From the NCBI GenBank assembly GCA_934667275.1, contig CAKULK010000005.1, forward strand, positions 73,167-137,166: 64,000 nucleotides of DNA, read 5' to 3'. Shown in pieces: positions 22,386-31,755 of this stretch. The stretch is from an uncultured Bacteroidales bacterium (lineage in GTDB: Bacteria > Bacteroidota > Bacteroidia > Bacteroidales > Paludibacteraceae). Numbering within the stretch: position 1 is the first letter of the stretch; each line of letters starts with the position of its first letter. The translations under genes were made by a program, and so were the position numbers. The notes beneath the pieces are model-generated. The model did not search any database. It was given only the letters and a program-made list of their open reading frames with translations, and was not told where the DNA came from.

Positions 22386-22554
22386 GTAGTTTGTTGTTTT
22401 AATGAACGGATGCCATTTGCATCCAAGTTAGTTTATAGACCTTAAATGTCGTACAAAATTACTGCTTTTTTTGCACATACACAAATGTATGCGTCTTTTT
22501 TAGTGAAAATGTGTACCTTGTATATCAAAACTTGCAAGAAAGTGAGTTTTGCAG

Positions 22555-22562
22555 TACTTTTG
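22555..22562 (+). promoter_or_regulatory. -7 box TActTTTG upstream of tauE-like gene
   Basis: TAnnTTTG motif 23 nt upstream of the ATG, in the divergent AT-rich pnp/tauE intergenic region. Confidence 0.45.
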
Positions 22563-22584
22563 CACCCTTATTTGATTCGAAATT

Positions 22585-23322
22585 ATGAATTGGATTCTTC
22601 TTTTAGCAGGATTAGTGGCAGGATTGTTATCCGGAGCCGTTGGTTTTGGCGGCGGCATGGTGCTACTGCCTGTTGTGACATCGCTCTATGGCATTGAGGT
22701 GGCAGTCCCCGTTTGTACTATAGCCCAATTGGGCAGTAATTTAAGCAAAGTGGTGATGGGTTGGCGCGATATAGAATGGAAGCAAGTAGGATTCTTTCTC
22801 ATCACAGCCGCCCCCTTGACCGCACTCGGCGCATTGGGCTTCGGAGTTGTGGATAAACAATTGATGAGCAGAGTATTATGCGTGTTTCTCATCGTGTTTG
22901 CCATTATGAAAATCATGGGAAAGATGAACCTCCCCCACCACCCTGCCACCATGCTCATCGGCGGCGGCGTAACGGGATTTGTGAATGGTATGCTCGGATT
23001 ATCGGGACCTCTCAGCAGTGCGGTGTTCCTAACCTTGAACCTTAGCCCCGTCGCCTATATCGCAAGTGAGGCTACATCAGCATCTATCATGCACATTATC
23101 AAGATAATAGTCTATAACAAATTAGACCTTGTTGATGCCCATATTTTGCTCAACGGCGCAATGATTGCCGTGACGATGATTGCCGGAAACTTTGTGGCTA
23201 TGCGCACCATCCGACGGTTTCACACAAAGACCTATCAACGCATCGTTGCCGTATGCACAATATCCGTATCAGCATGTGCGAGGATTACAGCCCGACCGAT
23301 AACGGTTTGGCGGAGCGGGTAA
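22585..23322 (+). CDS. Sulfite exporter TauE/SafE-family permease; 3' end fused to and probably truncated by an IS remnant
   Basis: 'GLLSGAVGFGGGMVLLPVV' TauE signature and multiple TM segments. The last ~25 codons ('...CTISVSACARITARPITVWRSG') run into transposase-derived sequence. Confidence 0.65.
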   Translation: MNWILLLAGLVAGLLSGAVGFGGGMVLLPVVTSLYGIEVAVPVCTIAQLGSNLSKVVMGWRDIEWKQVGFFLITAAPLTALGALGFGVVDKQLMSRVLCVFLIVFAIMKIMGKMNLPHHPATMLIGGGVTGFVNGMLGLSGPLSSAVFLTLNLSPVAYIASEATSASIMHIIKIIVYNKLDLVDAHILLNGAMIAVTMIAGNFVAMRTIRRFHTKTYQRIVAVCTISVSACARITARPITVWRSG

Positions 23323-23552
23323 ACGGCACCATAAAGACGGAATGGCTTTATCCGCTGACCTTGCTCAAGGATTTGCAAGAGGCGCAGGAACAGATAACTC
23401 ACTTTGTGGATTTATATAATAATGTGCGTCCGCACCGGAGCCTGAAAAATAGAACACCGATGTCGGTCTATTTGGATGACCCGAATATCGTTCCTGCCGC
23501 CCGATGGCATTACGAGCAAGCGGAAAAATGTGCAGAAACGGCATTTTTTTAG
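23253..23552 (+). mobile_element. Relic IS3-family (rve integrase-core) transposase C-terminal fragment, ~99 aa, non-functional
   Basis: 'SMCEDYSPTDNGLAERVNGTIKTEWLY...DLYNNVRPHRSL' matches the conserved C-terminal block of IS3-type OrfB (SMSRxG..DNA.AE..NGTLK.E...YN..RPHS.L). No N-terminal DDE region is present. Confidence 0.65.
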
Positions 23553-23587
23553 AAAAAAGAGAGGGTTGGAGGATTGGCGCGGTTTCG

Positions 23588-23619
23588 CCTCTCTGTCCCC
23601 TCGCGAGGGGATAGAGAGG
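23588..23619. repeat. 32-bp near-perfect palindrome (possible IS end/terminator scar)
   Basis: 'CCTCTCT gt CCCCTCG CGAGGGG at AGAGAGG', read directly. Located immediately 3' of the transposase fragment. Confidence 0.6.
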
Positions 23620-23760
23620 AAAGGAAGACAACCCAAGTGGTGGACAAGTCAACCTATCCGACAAACGAGTCAACTTTATACGTATTTTAACAAAACAAAC
23701 ACGGAAACGAGTCAACCCGAAAACGGACAAAGCACGGACAAAGCAAGTCGCAATTATCGA

Positions 23761-23800
23761 CCGTGTATCTACCGTATATCTACCGTATATCTACCGTGTT
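23761..23800. repeat. 11-bp tandem repeat CCGTATATCTA, ~3.6 copies
   Basis: 'ccgtgtatcta ccgtatatcta ccgtatatcta ccgtgtttga', read directly. Part of a repeat-dense non-coding scar at 23553-23856 that also holds 'ACGAGTCAAC' x2 and 'CGGACAAAGCA' x2. Confidence 0.8.
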
Positions 23801-23856
23801 TGACAGCGGAAAATCCACACCGGCAAATGCGAGTTGCCAATGGTATCACAAGAGGT

Positions 23857-24450
23857 TTAGAACTGCACTGCCGGAGCAGTTTCAGCCCCTTGCTGTGCTT
23901 CAAAATAGGCTTTCTTTTCAAAACCGAAAATACTTGCGACAATGTTGGCGGGGAAACGGCGAATCATCGTGTTGTAGGCACGCGCTTCTTCGTTGAAATT
24001 GTTACGTGCCACTGCAATACGGTTTTCCGTACCTTCCAACTGCGACTGCAATGCCATGAAGTTTTGGTTTGCCTTCAAATCAGGGTAAGCCTCAGCCACC
24101 GCCATCAAACGTCCCAATGCCTGTCCAAGTTCTCCTTGGGCAGCCTGAAATTCAGCCAGTTGCTCTGCAGTTGCATTGGCAGGATCCACCACAACCTGTG
24201 TGGCTTTGGCACGCGCCGCCATCACATTCTCAAGCGTCTCGCTCTCGTGAGCGGCATACCCTTTGACCGTCTCCACAAGGTTCGGAATCAAATCTGCACG
24301 ACGCTGATACTGATTTTCCACCTGCGACCATGCAGTCTCTACACTTTCTTCGGCAGTTACGATGTCGTTGTATCGTCCCACGCCCCAAAGTACAATGATT
24401 GCCAATACTCCAAGTACCACAATCCAAGGTAATGCTTTTTTCATATTCAA
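23857..24450 (-). CDS. lemA: LemA family protein
   Basis: N-terminal TM helix, then the conserved LemA core 'RYNDIVTAEESVETAWSQVENQYQRRADLIPNLVETVKGYAAHE' and 'ARNNFNEEARAYNTMIRRFPANIVA'. Confidence 0.85.
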   Translation of the reverse strand: MNMKKALPWIVVLGVLAIIVLWGVGRYNDIVTAEESVETAWSQVENQYQRRADLIPNLVETVKGYAAHESETLENVMAARAKATQVVVDPANATAEQLAEFQAAQGELGQALGRLMAVAEAYPDLKANQNFMALQSQLEGTENRIAVARNNFNEEARAYNTMIRRFPANIVASIFGFEKKAYFEAQQGAETAPAVQF

Positions 24451-24475
24451 TATTCTTTATTTATTATTTTCACAT

Positions 24476-25438
24476 TTAGAATTTACTTCCTGCGCCTCCA
24501 CCAAAAGTAGAACCACCTCCCCAACTACCACCCGAGAAACCGCCACCAAAGGAAGAACCGCCACCAGAAATATAGGTACGCGTCTTCTTAGGAATTGTAT
24601 AAGGACGCTCCATCCGATGCCCGCAATGGCTGCACACATACGTCTTTACACCCGTACCCATCCGTGAGTAAGTGGCAGCTGTAATGACCTTGTCATCAAT
24701 TTGTTTCAGTTTGTGTTTACCACATTTCGGACACTTGCTTTTGAACCACGACAGGATGTAGGCAAAGAGCCCTATTCCCGCCGCAAACAACAGCATAAAC
24801 ACCCAAAACGGCATCAGCCAAAGATTATCATCATCCGCCCCTGCATATTTGTAGCGGTTGGTGACAGATACCATATTGCGCAATTCATTAGGCGCATCTC
24901 CATCAGTACAAATCTCGTAAATCCGCAATGCCCCCAAGCACAATCCCCCCGAATAATCGCCATCACGCAACGCCGGAAGCATATTTTTTTGAATGATTTG
25001 GCTGCATACAGCGTCCGTCAGCACCCCCTCTATGCCACCACCCGTCATTATCCGCACATCACGAGACTGCATGGCAAGCAGCATCAAGACACCTGTATTC
25101 TTACCCTCTTTGCCAATTCCCCAACGCTGAAACAACTCGTAGCAGAAATCGAATGCATCATAATTGCCAATGTCGTCCAATGCCACCACGCACAACTCTA
25201 CTCCCGTGGCATCTTCCAATTTCCGAGCGCATTGATTAAGAAAACCTACATCTTCTTGATTTACAATACCATCCGGATTGCAGACATACTGATTCTGCCC
25301 TGTCTTTTTCGGATTCGGCACACTACCCGGCGTGTACGAAATTGCATAGATTGCACCCGAACACAACATCAACGCGACACATAAGTACAACCGATGTAAA
25401 TTATGCCTTAATGCATTAGACCAATTATTCATTTCCAT
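24476..25438 (-). CDS. TPM-domain (YgcG-like) protein with C-terminal TM segment, Cys4 zinc ribbon and Gly-rich tail
   Basis: Signal/TM, TPM-like region, 'CPKCGKHKL...CSHCGHRM' and terminal 'GGGSSFGGGFSGGSWGGGSTFGGGAGSKF'. Canonical lemA-TPM gene pair. Confidence 0.75.
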   Translation of the reverse strand: MEMNNWSNALRHNLHRLYLCVALMLCSGAIYAISYTPGSVPNPKKTGQNQYVCNPDGIVNQEDVGFLNQCARKLEDATGVELCVVALDDIGNYDAFDFCYELFQRWGIGKEGKNTGVLMLLAMQSRDVRIMTGGGIEGVLTDAVCSQIIQKNMLPALRDGDYSGGLCLGALRIYEICTDGDAPNELRNMVSVTNRYKYAGADDDNLWLMPFWVFMLLFAAGIGLFAYILSWFKSKCPKCGKHKLKQIDDKVITAATYSRMGTGVKTYVCSHCGHRMERPYTIPKKTRTYISGGGSSFGGGFSGGSWGGGSTFGGGAGSKF

Positions 25439-25549
25439 TCATGTTTTTCTCCACACTTTCGTCTGCAAAAGTACTACAATTTTGACAAAAATACAAATCT
25501 GTGCATAAAAAACTTTCCCCAACCTCTTGCATTTGCCACAAAAAAACAT

Positions 25550-25557
25550 TATCTTTG
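25550..25557 (+). promoter_or_regulatory. -7 box TAtcTTTG within 'AAACATTATCTTTGCAAT' upstream of mtaB
   Basis: 25 nt upstream of the ATG. An identical 18-mer recurs at 40502-40519. Confidence 0.5.
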
Positions 25558-25581
25558 CAATTCTTTTCCGATTTTTTGTGT

Positions 25582-26847
25582 ATGACAATACGATTCGTAA
25601 CATTGGGGTGCAAGCTGAACTTTGCAGAAAGCAGCGCAATAGGCAAAACCCTATTAGAGCGCGGGTATGCGCGCGCGAAAGCCAACGAGGAGGCGGATGT
25701 GTGTGTGGTAAACACATGTTCCGTGACCGATGTGGCTGACCACAAAGGCAGGCAAGCCATCCATCGTATCAGAAGGCAAAACCCGAATGCCGTGCTAATA
25801 GTTACCGGATGTTACGCCCAACTCAAACCACAGGAAATCAGTGAGATAGATGGAGTTGATTATGTATTGGGACAAGATGCAAAATTTCACATTCCCGAAT
25901 TGGTGGAGCAGATAGAGAAACAAGTCAAACATACACACATACAGACCTGTGACATTCGCGCAGTAGACGATTTTCACGGCGCATATTCAAAAGACGACAG
26001 GACACGGTGTTTTTTGAAAGTACAGGACGGATGCAACTATTTCTGCACCTATTGTACCATTCCTCTGGCGCGTGGCAAATCACGCAATCCGAGCATTGCA
26101 GATGTGACCAAAGAGGCACAAAAAGCGATTGACGAAGGGGCAAAAGAGATAGTACTGACAGGAGTGAATATCGGCGATTTTGGGCGCAGTACAGACGAGC
26201 AATTCATTGATTTACTGCGCGCTTTGGACGAATTGCGACCTTGTGAAGACAGCGTTGGTTACAGAGTGCGCATATCGTCGTGCGAGCCCAACCTGCTGAA
26301 CGATGAAGTGATAGATTTTGTGGCACAATCGAAACATTTTGCGCCGCATTTCCATATTCCATTGCAGTCAGGGAACAACGACGTGCTCAAAATTATGCAT
26401 CGCAGATATACACGAGAATTGTTTGAAGAACGCGTGAGACATATCAAAAGGGTGATGCCTCAGGCTTTTATCGGTGTGGATTGCATGGTGGGCGTGAGAG
26501 GTGAGACAAAGGCTTATTTCGATGATTATGTAGCATTTATAGAGCAATTGCCAGTGAGCCAGTTGCACGTATTCACTTATTCAGAGCGCGCGCACACGCG
26601 TATGCTAGAGATGGAACTCGAAATCGTACCTATGGCAGAAAGACACAGACGGAGCAAGATACTGCATACCATTTCCGAACAGAAACTGGCCGATTTTTAC
26701 GCATCCCGCAAAGGCGAAAAGGCTATTGTACTATGGGAATCAAAGCACGAAGGCGACCAGATGTCCGGCTTTACAGAGAATTACATTAAGGTAAGCCGCC
26801 CATATAAAAAAGAAAAAGTGAACACTTTTGAAGAAATTACCATCTAA
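25582..26847 (+). CDS. mtaB: Radical-SAM methylthiotransferase, MtaB-like (tRNA t6A37 methylthiotransferase)
   Basis: 'RFVTLGCKLNFAESSAIG' MTTase N-terminus, 'CNYFCTYCTIPLARG' CxxxCxxC radical-SAM cluster and a TRAM-like C-terminus. Start placed at 'MTIRF'. Confidence 0.8.
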   Translation: MTIRFVTLGCKLNFAESSAIGKTLLERGYARAKANEEADVCVVNTCSVTDVADHKGRQAIHRIRRQNPNAVLIVTGCYAQLKPQEISEIDGVDYVLGQDAKFHIPELVEQIEKQVKHTHIQTCDIRAVDDFHGAYSKDDRTRCFLKVQDGCNYFCTYCTIPLARGKSRNPSIADVTKEAQKAIDEGAKEIVLTGVNIGDFGRSTDEQFIDLLRALDELRPCEDSVGYRVRISSCEPNLLNDEVIDFVAQSKHFAPHFHIPLQSGNNDVLKIMHRRYTRELFEERVRHIKRVMPQAFIGVDCMVGVRGETKAYFDDYVAFIEQLPVSQLHVFTYSERAHTRMLEMELEIVPMAERHRRSKILHTISEQKLADFYASRKGEKAIVLWESKHEGDQMSGFTENYIKVSRPYKKEKVNTFEEITI

Positions 26848-26873
26848 AATTTGCATAAATCATTTTTTTGTAG

Positions 26874-26881
26874 TACCTTTG
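26874..26881 (+). promoter_or_regulatory. -7 box TAccTTTG upstream of rho
   Basis: TAnnTTTG motif about 80 nt upstream of the rho ATG. Confidence 0.45.
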
Positions 26882-26959
26882 CACCGCAAATGTATGTGTG
26901 AACAACACAAAACAAGTCATTTGCAATTCCCATTATTCGAATAAATACATTTTTCATTT

Positions 26960-29026
26960 ATGCAATATGATATGCAGACACTCGGGCGAATGACGCTCGA
27001 AAAGTTGACTGAAATTGCAGAGTCATTCGGCTTGAATGTCGGACGGAATGCATCTGCACAAGCAGTTATCTATGACATTTTGGATGCCCAAGCCGACAGA
27101 CGCGGTGCGGAGGTTCAGGCACGAGCAGATGCGCGACAAGCACAAGGCGAAGACCAAAAACGCAATCGTCGCAACCGCATCCAGCAAGCCCCTAAAAAAG
27201 TGAACACCAATAATTTGAAAAGCAGCAAGGTGGTTGCCACAGTGGGCAACAAGCAAGATACATTGGAGCAAATAAAAGAAGAACAATCCAAACAACCTGC
27301 TCCGAAACCGACACTGAACAGCGTTCAACCTATACTATCGGACAGCACCCCCTCTGCGACACCGCAAACAGAAACAGCACCCAAAAAGCGCGGGCGCAAA
27401 CCCAAGAATGCTACTCAATCCCAAAACACAGAACAAGAAACCACCACACCAATGGAACCCAAGAACACAGAAGCCACACAGGCCTCTACTTCTACAGAAA
27501 ATGCAGGCGTTCAACCTCAAGCAAAAAAGCGCGGACGTCCCCGCAAAGATGCAAAAGAACCGGCTGAGAAGCCCGCAACAGAAACATCCAACGAGGCTGT
27601 AGAAACAACGACAGAAACAGCCGAACCAACATCTGCACCTGCAGCACAAACAGAAGTACAAGGAACAGAACCGAGCAAAACAGAGCCATATAACCCCTAT
27701 ACGCCAAGCAGGAAAAATGAGACAAAAGAGGAGCGTCAGGCACGTATCAATGCCCGTATTGCTCAGATTACCAAGCAAATGGCTAAACGTGAGGAGCAGA
27801 TAGCCAACGGCGAAGAAATAACCCCCATTCAAGAGACACCCGCACACAAGGCATCTACCGGTCCGGAAGACGAGATGTTGAATAAGGGTGCTGAAGCCTT
27901 TGGCGATAATATCATCGCAATGGGAACACTAGAATGTGCGCCCGACGGGTACGGATTCTTGCGTAGCGCCGATTACAACTATATCCCGTCGCCCGACGAC
28001 ATCTATGTTTCGCAACAACAAATCAAACAATATAGTTTGAAGACAGGGGACACAGTGGAATGCACCATCCGTCCGCCGCGCGACACAGACAAGTACTTCC
28101 CCATGAAGGAGGTGATTCGTATCAACGGCATATCACCCGCACAAGCACGCGAACGCATTGCCTTTGAGAACCTTACCCCACTCTTCCCCAACGAGAAATT
28201 CCGCCTATGCAAGGGCGACAAGAGCGACCCGTTGTCGGTGCGTATCATCGACCTCTTTGCTCCAATAGGAAAGGGGCAGCGCGGACTGATTGTGGCACAA
28301 CCAAAGACCGGTAAGACGGTGCTGCTCAAGCAAATAGCCAATGCTATTGCCGCCAACCACCCAGAGGTATATATGATTGTGCTGCTGATAGATGAACGTC
28401 CGGAAGAGGTAACCGATATGGCACGTTCCGTAAACGCCGAAGTGATTGCTTCGACTTTCGACGAACCGGCAGAAAACCACGTGAAAGTGGCAAATATCGT
28501 ACATGAGAAAGCCAAACGATTAGTGGAATGCGGACACGATGTGGTGATTTTGTTAGACAGTATCACCCGTTTGGCGCGTGCCTACAACACAGTGGCTCCC
28601 GCAAGCGGAAAAGTGCTATCAGGTGGTGTGGAAGCACAAGCACTGCACAAACCAAAACGTTTCTTCGGTGCGGCAAGAAACATAGAGAACGGCGGTAGTT
28701 TGACCATCATTGCAACCGCCTTGACCGAAACGGGAAGTAAGATGGACGATGTGATATTTGAGGAGTTCAAGGGTACAGGTAATATGGAGTTGCAATTAGA
28801 CCGCAAACTCAGCAACAAACGTATCTTCCCCGCTGTGGATATACCCGCATCCTCAACACGCCGAGACGACCTGTTGTTGCCGCCTGACGTACTATCACGG
28901 ATGTGGATGATTCGCAAGCAGTTAAGCGACATGAACAGCGTGGAGGCCATGGAGAAACTGAAACAATATATGGAGCGCACCAACGACAATGACGAGTTTC
29001 TTCTTGTAGTCAACGGCGCGAGATAA
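26960..29026 (+). CDS. rho: Transcription termination factor Rho with ~270-aa low-complexity N-terminal insertion
   Basis: N-terminal '[13 protein letters not shown]' followed by a K/E/Q/T/P-rich disordered region. Walker A '[15 protein letters not shown]' and the Rho core '[14 protein letters not shown]...[12 protein letters not shown]'. Confidence 0.9.
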   Translation: MQYDMQTLGRMTLEKLTEIAESFGLNVGRNASAQAVIYDILDAQADRRGAEVQARADARQAQGEDQKRNRRNRIQQAPKKVNTNNLKSSKVVATVGNKQDTLEQIKEEQSKQPAPKPTLNSVQPILSDSTPSATPQTETAPKKRGRKPKNATQSQNTEQETTTPMEPKNTEATQASTSTENAGVQPQAKKRGRPRKDAKEPAEKPATETSNEAVETTTETAEPTSAPAAQTEVQGTEPSKTEPYNPYTPSRKNETKEERQARINARIAQITKQMAKREEQIANGEEITPIQETPAHKASTGPEDEMLNKGAEAFGDNIIAMGTLECAPDGYGFLRSADYNYIPSPDDIYVSQQQIKQYSLKTGDTVECTIRPPRDTDKYFPMKEVIRINGISPAQARERIAFENLTPLFPNEKFRLCKGDKSDPLSVRIIDLFAPIGKGQRGLIVAQPKTGKTVLLKQIANAIAANHPEVYMIVLLIDERPEEVTDMARSVNAEVIASTFDEPAENHVKVANIVHEKAKRLVECGHDVVILLDSITRLARAYNTVAPASGKVLSGGVEAQALHKPKRFFGAARNIENGGSLTIIATALTETGSKMDDVIFEEFKGTGNMELQLDRKLSNKRIFPAVDIPASSTRRDDLLLPPDVLSRMWMIRKQLSDMNSVEAMEKLKQYMERTNDNDEFLLVVNGAR

Positions 29027-29038
29027 ACAATAGTTAAT

Positions 29039-29488
29039 ATGCGAATAGCGATTATCAACGGACCAAACCTAAACCTGCTGGGACGGCGGGAGCCTACTAT
29101 ATATGGCATCCGCTCAATGGAGCAGGTGATGGTGGATTTGCAGCACACATACACCTATATATATATGGAGTATCGCCAATCAAACCACGAGGGAGACCTG
29201 ATAGACTGGGTACAAGAGTTTGGCGGCATGAAAACATCGCTGAATACAGAGCCTTTTGACGGTATTATCCTCAACGCAGGCGGCTATACGCATACGAGTG
29301 TGGCATTGCGCGATGCAGTAGCCTGTGCCATGGTGCCTGTGGTGGAAGTGCATATCTCCGACATCAGCCAACGCGAAGCGTTTCGTCGCGTAAGTCTGCT
29401 AAACGATGTGTGTGCACACACCATAACAGGGCATGGTACTGAAGGATATCGCGAGGCCATAGAATGGCTCATCGGTCACCATAAATGA
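29039..29488 (+). CDS. aroQ: Type II 3-dehydroquinate dehydratase
   Basis: 'MRIAIINGPNLNLLGRREPTIYG' and 'HISDISQRE' are type II DHQase signatures. 149 aa. Confidence 0.9.
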   Translation: MRIAIINGPNLNLLGRREPTIYGIRSMEQVMVDLQHTYTYIYMEYRQSNHEGDLIDWVQEFGGMKTSLNTEPFDGIILNAGGYTHTSVALRDAVACAMVPVVEVHISDISQREAFRRVSLLNDVCAHTITGHGTEGYREAIEWLIGHHK

Positions 29489-30249
29489 AGAACAGCATCA
29501 GACATATTTTAGAGTGTGTGGCAGTATGTCTCATGCTGCTGAGTATGGGAAGTATGTCTCTTTCTGCGCAGAACAACCCCTATGTGGATGACAGGCTGGT
29601 GCATTTCGGATTCCATTTGGGGCTCAATTTTATGTCGTTTAATGTACAAGAAACGGATAGCATCACCCAATCAGCCATTGGAGACGGAACTATCTATCAT
29701 GCACGAGTTCAATCGCTTACACCCGGATTTTCTGTCGGATTTATTACCGATGTCCGTTTGTCGCGCCATTTGAATCTGCGCTGTACCCCGGCCCTTCATT
29801 TCGGACAAAAGACCATCACTTACAGAAGTTTTCAACGTCCAGACAGTTTGATACACGGCACCTCCACCGGCAACCGCGCCACAGTGCTTTCGCTGCCAAT
29901 TTCAATACCGCTCTATTTGAAGTGGTCAGCAGAACGCGAAGTCAATTATCGCCCATATGTAATTGCTGGCGGAGGAGTAAGTTTTGACCTCGGACGCGAC
30001 AAAGAGCGTGTGATTTATCAAAAATTCTTTGACTATTTTGTAGAGGTAGGCTTTGGTTGTGATTTTTATTTCCAATGGTTTAAGTTTTGTCCGGAAATCA
30101 AATATCAGATTGGATTTGCCAATGTATTGACCCCTATCAGCGAAGCAGACCAAGCCCAATGGAAAGTTCCTGCGGCTGATTATTTTTACTCAAACACCAT
30201 CTCACGGCTCACCAACCAAATGATTTCCATCGTGTTTAACTTCGAATGA
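29485..30249 (+). CDS. Outer-membrane beta-barrel protein, PorT-family-like
   Basis: Signal peptide. 254 aa with alternating hydrophobic beta-strand pattern and aromatic C-terminus 'ISIVFNFE'. Size and context fit PorT/SprT-type proteins in a T9SS-positive genome. 4-bp overlap with aroQ. Confidence 0.5.
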   Translation: MKNSIRHILECVAVCLMLLSMGSMSLSAQNNPYVDDRLVHFGFHLGLNFMSFNVQETDSITQSAIGDGTIYHARVQSLTPGFSVGFITDVRLSRHLNLRCTPALHFGQKTITYRSFQRPDSLIHGTSTGNRATVLSLPISIPLYLKWSAEREVNYRPYVIAGGGVSFDLGRDKERVIYQKFFDYFVEVGFGCDFYFQWFKFCPEIKYQIGFANVLTPISEADQAQWKVPAADYFYSNTISRLTNQMISIVFNFE

Positions 30250-31691
30250 TGCGGAAAATTGTACCCATATTATGTCTGTTGTTAGGATTGGTTTCATGCC
30301 AACAGGACATGATAACCAAGGACTTTGCATTGGGGCTTACATTCTCTCAAGATACAGTATTGTTTGACACCGTGTTCACCGCAGAGGGGTCGTCCACACA
30401 TCGGGTGATGGTGTACAACAAAAACAAGAATGCCTTGAATATCAGTCAGGTGAGCCTACAAAACGGGCAGTACTTTTATGTTAATTTGGATGGAGAGAAC
30501 ATCCTTAATCGTATGCAAAACATTGTTGTTCGCGGTGGAGACAGCCTGTTTTTATTCATTCGAGCCAACCTCAATCCACAAGATAGCAATTCTCCTGTTT
30601 TCATAGAGGACAATATTATTTTCAGCCTCAACGACCATCTGCAAACTATTCATCTTCAGGCATTTGGACAGAATGTAGAGCGAATGCGAAACCCTGCGGG
30701 GGTGATTGTGAAAGAAGACCTCACCCTTACCAACCGGATACCTTATGTCATTTATGACACATTAATAGTGAAAGGCACACTTACTATCCAAGCAGGTACC
30801 ACCTTGTATATGCATGCAGGCGCAACATTGTACGCCTATGGCGACGTGATTGCCAATGGTACAAAAGAAACTCCCATCACTATTCGCGGCGACCGTACCG
30901 ACCGATTGTTTGATTCAGTGCCTTACCGTGTAGCCTCCGGACAATGGAATGGTATCTATCTGCTTCATACAAAAGATACCCCTTGCCCCAAATATGAAAT
31001 GAACCACGTGGAGATTCTTTCCGGAACGGTCGGGTTATATGCCCAATCCGAACCTATATATCCACGCCCTGTGCTCACTTTTACCAATGGACGTATCCAC
31101 AACCATTCCGTATATGGCATGATTTTGCAGAATATAGATGCCGTCGTCGTTAATTCAGAAATCAGCAATTGTGCCTCTTTTTGTGTCTATCTTTCTGGCG
31201 GAAAACAACAATTTATACATACTACCGTCGCATCATATTTTGGTTATCCATACACTAATATCAATATCCATAACCAAGTCTCTCGTGATAATGTAACGGC
31301 GGTGTATATCAACAATATCAACAAACAAACTGCTTCCACCGAGGCATCTTTCAAGAATTGCATTATTACCGGAGCACGCACATCTAATCTGTTGGTTGCT
31401 ACTCCCTTACCACAACATTACGAAGGTGAATTCGTAGGAAATTATCTCCGTGCAGACACCCTCTCTGCGGCTTTTGCACACACCAACACATACGCAACAA
31501 AATCGGATACAGTATTCCGAAACATCTACTATCGCATCAACGAATATCATTATTATGATTTTCAATTAGACTCAGTCTCTCCCGCTCGTGGCATCGGCGA
31601 CAGTATCACCGCCTTGTCCTATCCCTATGACCGACTTGGAAACCGCCGCAAACCACACCCGGATGCAGGTTGTTATGAGTTCGTTGAATAA
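30246..31691 (+). CDS. Hypothetical lipoprotein with parallel beta-helix-like repeats
   Basis: 'LLGLVSCQQD' lipobox. Repeated 'G.TL...AG.T' and NxV/IxN motifs typical of right-handed beta-helix proteins. 4-bp overlap with the preceding gene. Confidence 0.5.
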   Translation: MMRKIVPILCLLLGLVSCQQDMITKDFALGLTFSQDTVLFDTVFTAEGSSTHRVMVYNKNKNALNISQVSLQNGQYFYVNLDGENILNRMQNIVVRGGDSLFLFIRANLNPQDSNSPVFIEDNIIFSLNDHLQTIHLQAFGQNVERMRNPAGVIVKEDLTLTNRIPYVIYDTLIVKGTLTIQAGTTLYMHAGATLYAYGDVIANGTKETPITIRGDRTDRLFDSVPYRVASGQWNGIYLLHTKDTPCPKYEMNHVEILSGTVGLYAQSEPIYPRPVLTFTNGRIHNHSVYGMILQNIDAVVVNSEISNCASFCVYLSGGKQQFIHTTVASYFGYPYTNINIHNQVSRDNVTAVYINNINKQTASTEASFKNCIITGARTSNLLVATPLPQHYEGEFVGNYLRADTLSAAFAHTNTYATKSDTVFRNIYYRINEYHYYDFQLDSVSPARGIGDSITALSYPYDRLGNRRKPHPDAGCYEFVE

Positions 31692-31729
31692 AAGGCTTGC
31701 AAAAACGAGATTCTTTTTGTACCTTTGCG

Positions 31730-31737
31730 CGTTTTAA
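31730..31737 (+). promoter_or_regulatory. -7 box TAccTTTG upstream of der
   Basis: 19 nt upstream of the ATG. Confidence 0.45.
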
Positions 31738-31755
31738 GGACAATAACATAAATCT

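Noticed and set aside
23476-24432. 318-aa plus-strand ORF overlapping lemA
   Set aside because: Antisense to a well-supported LemA gene. It begins inside the IS scar and has no motifs.
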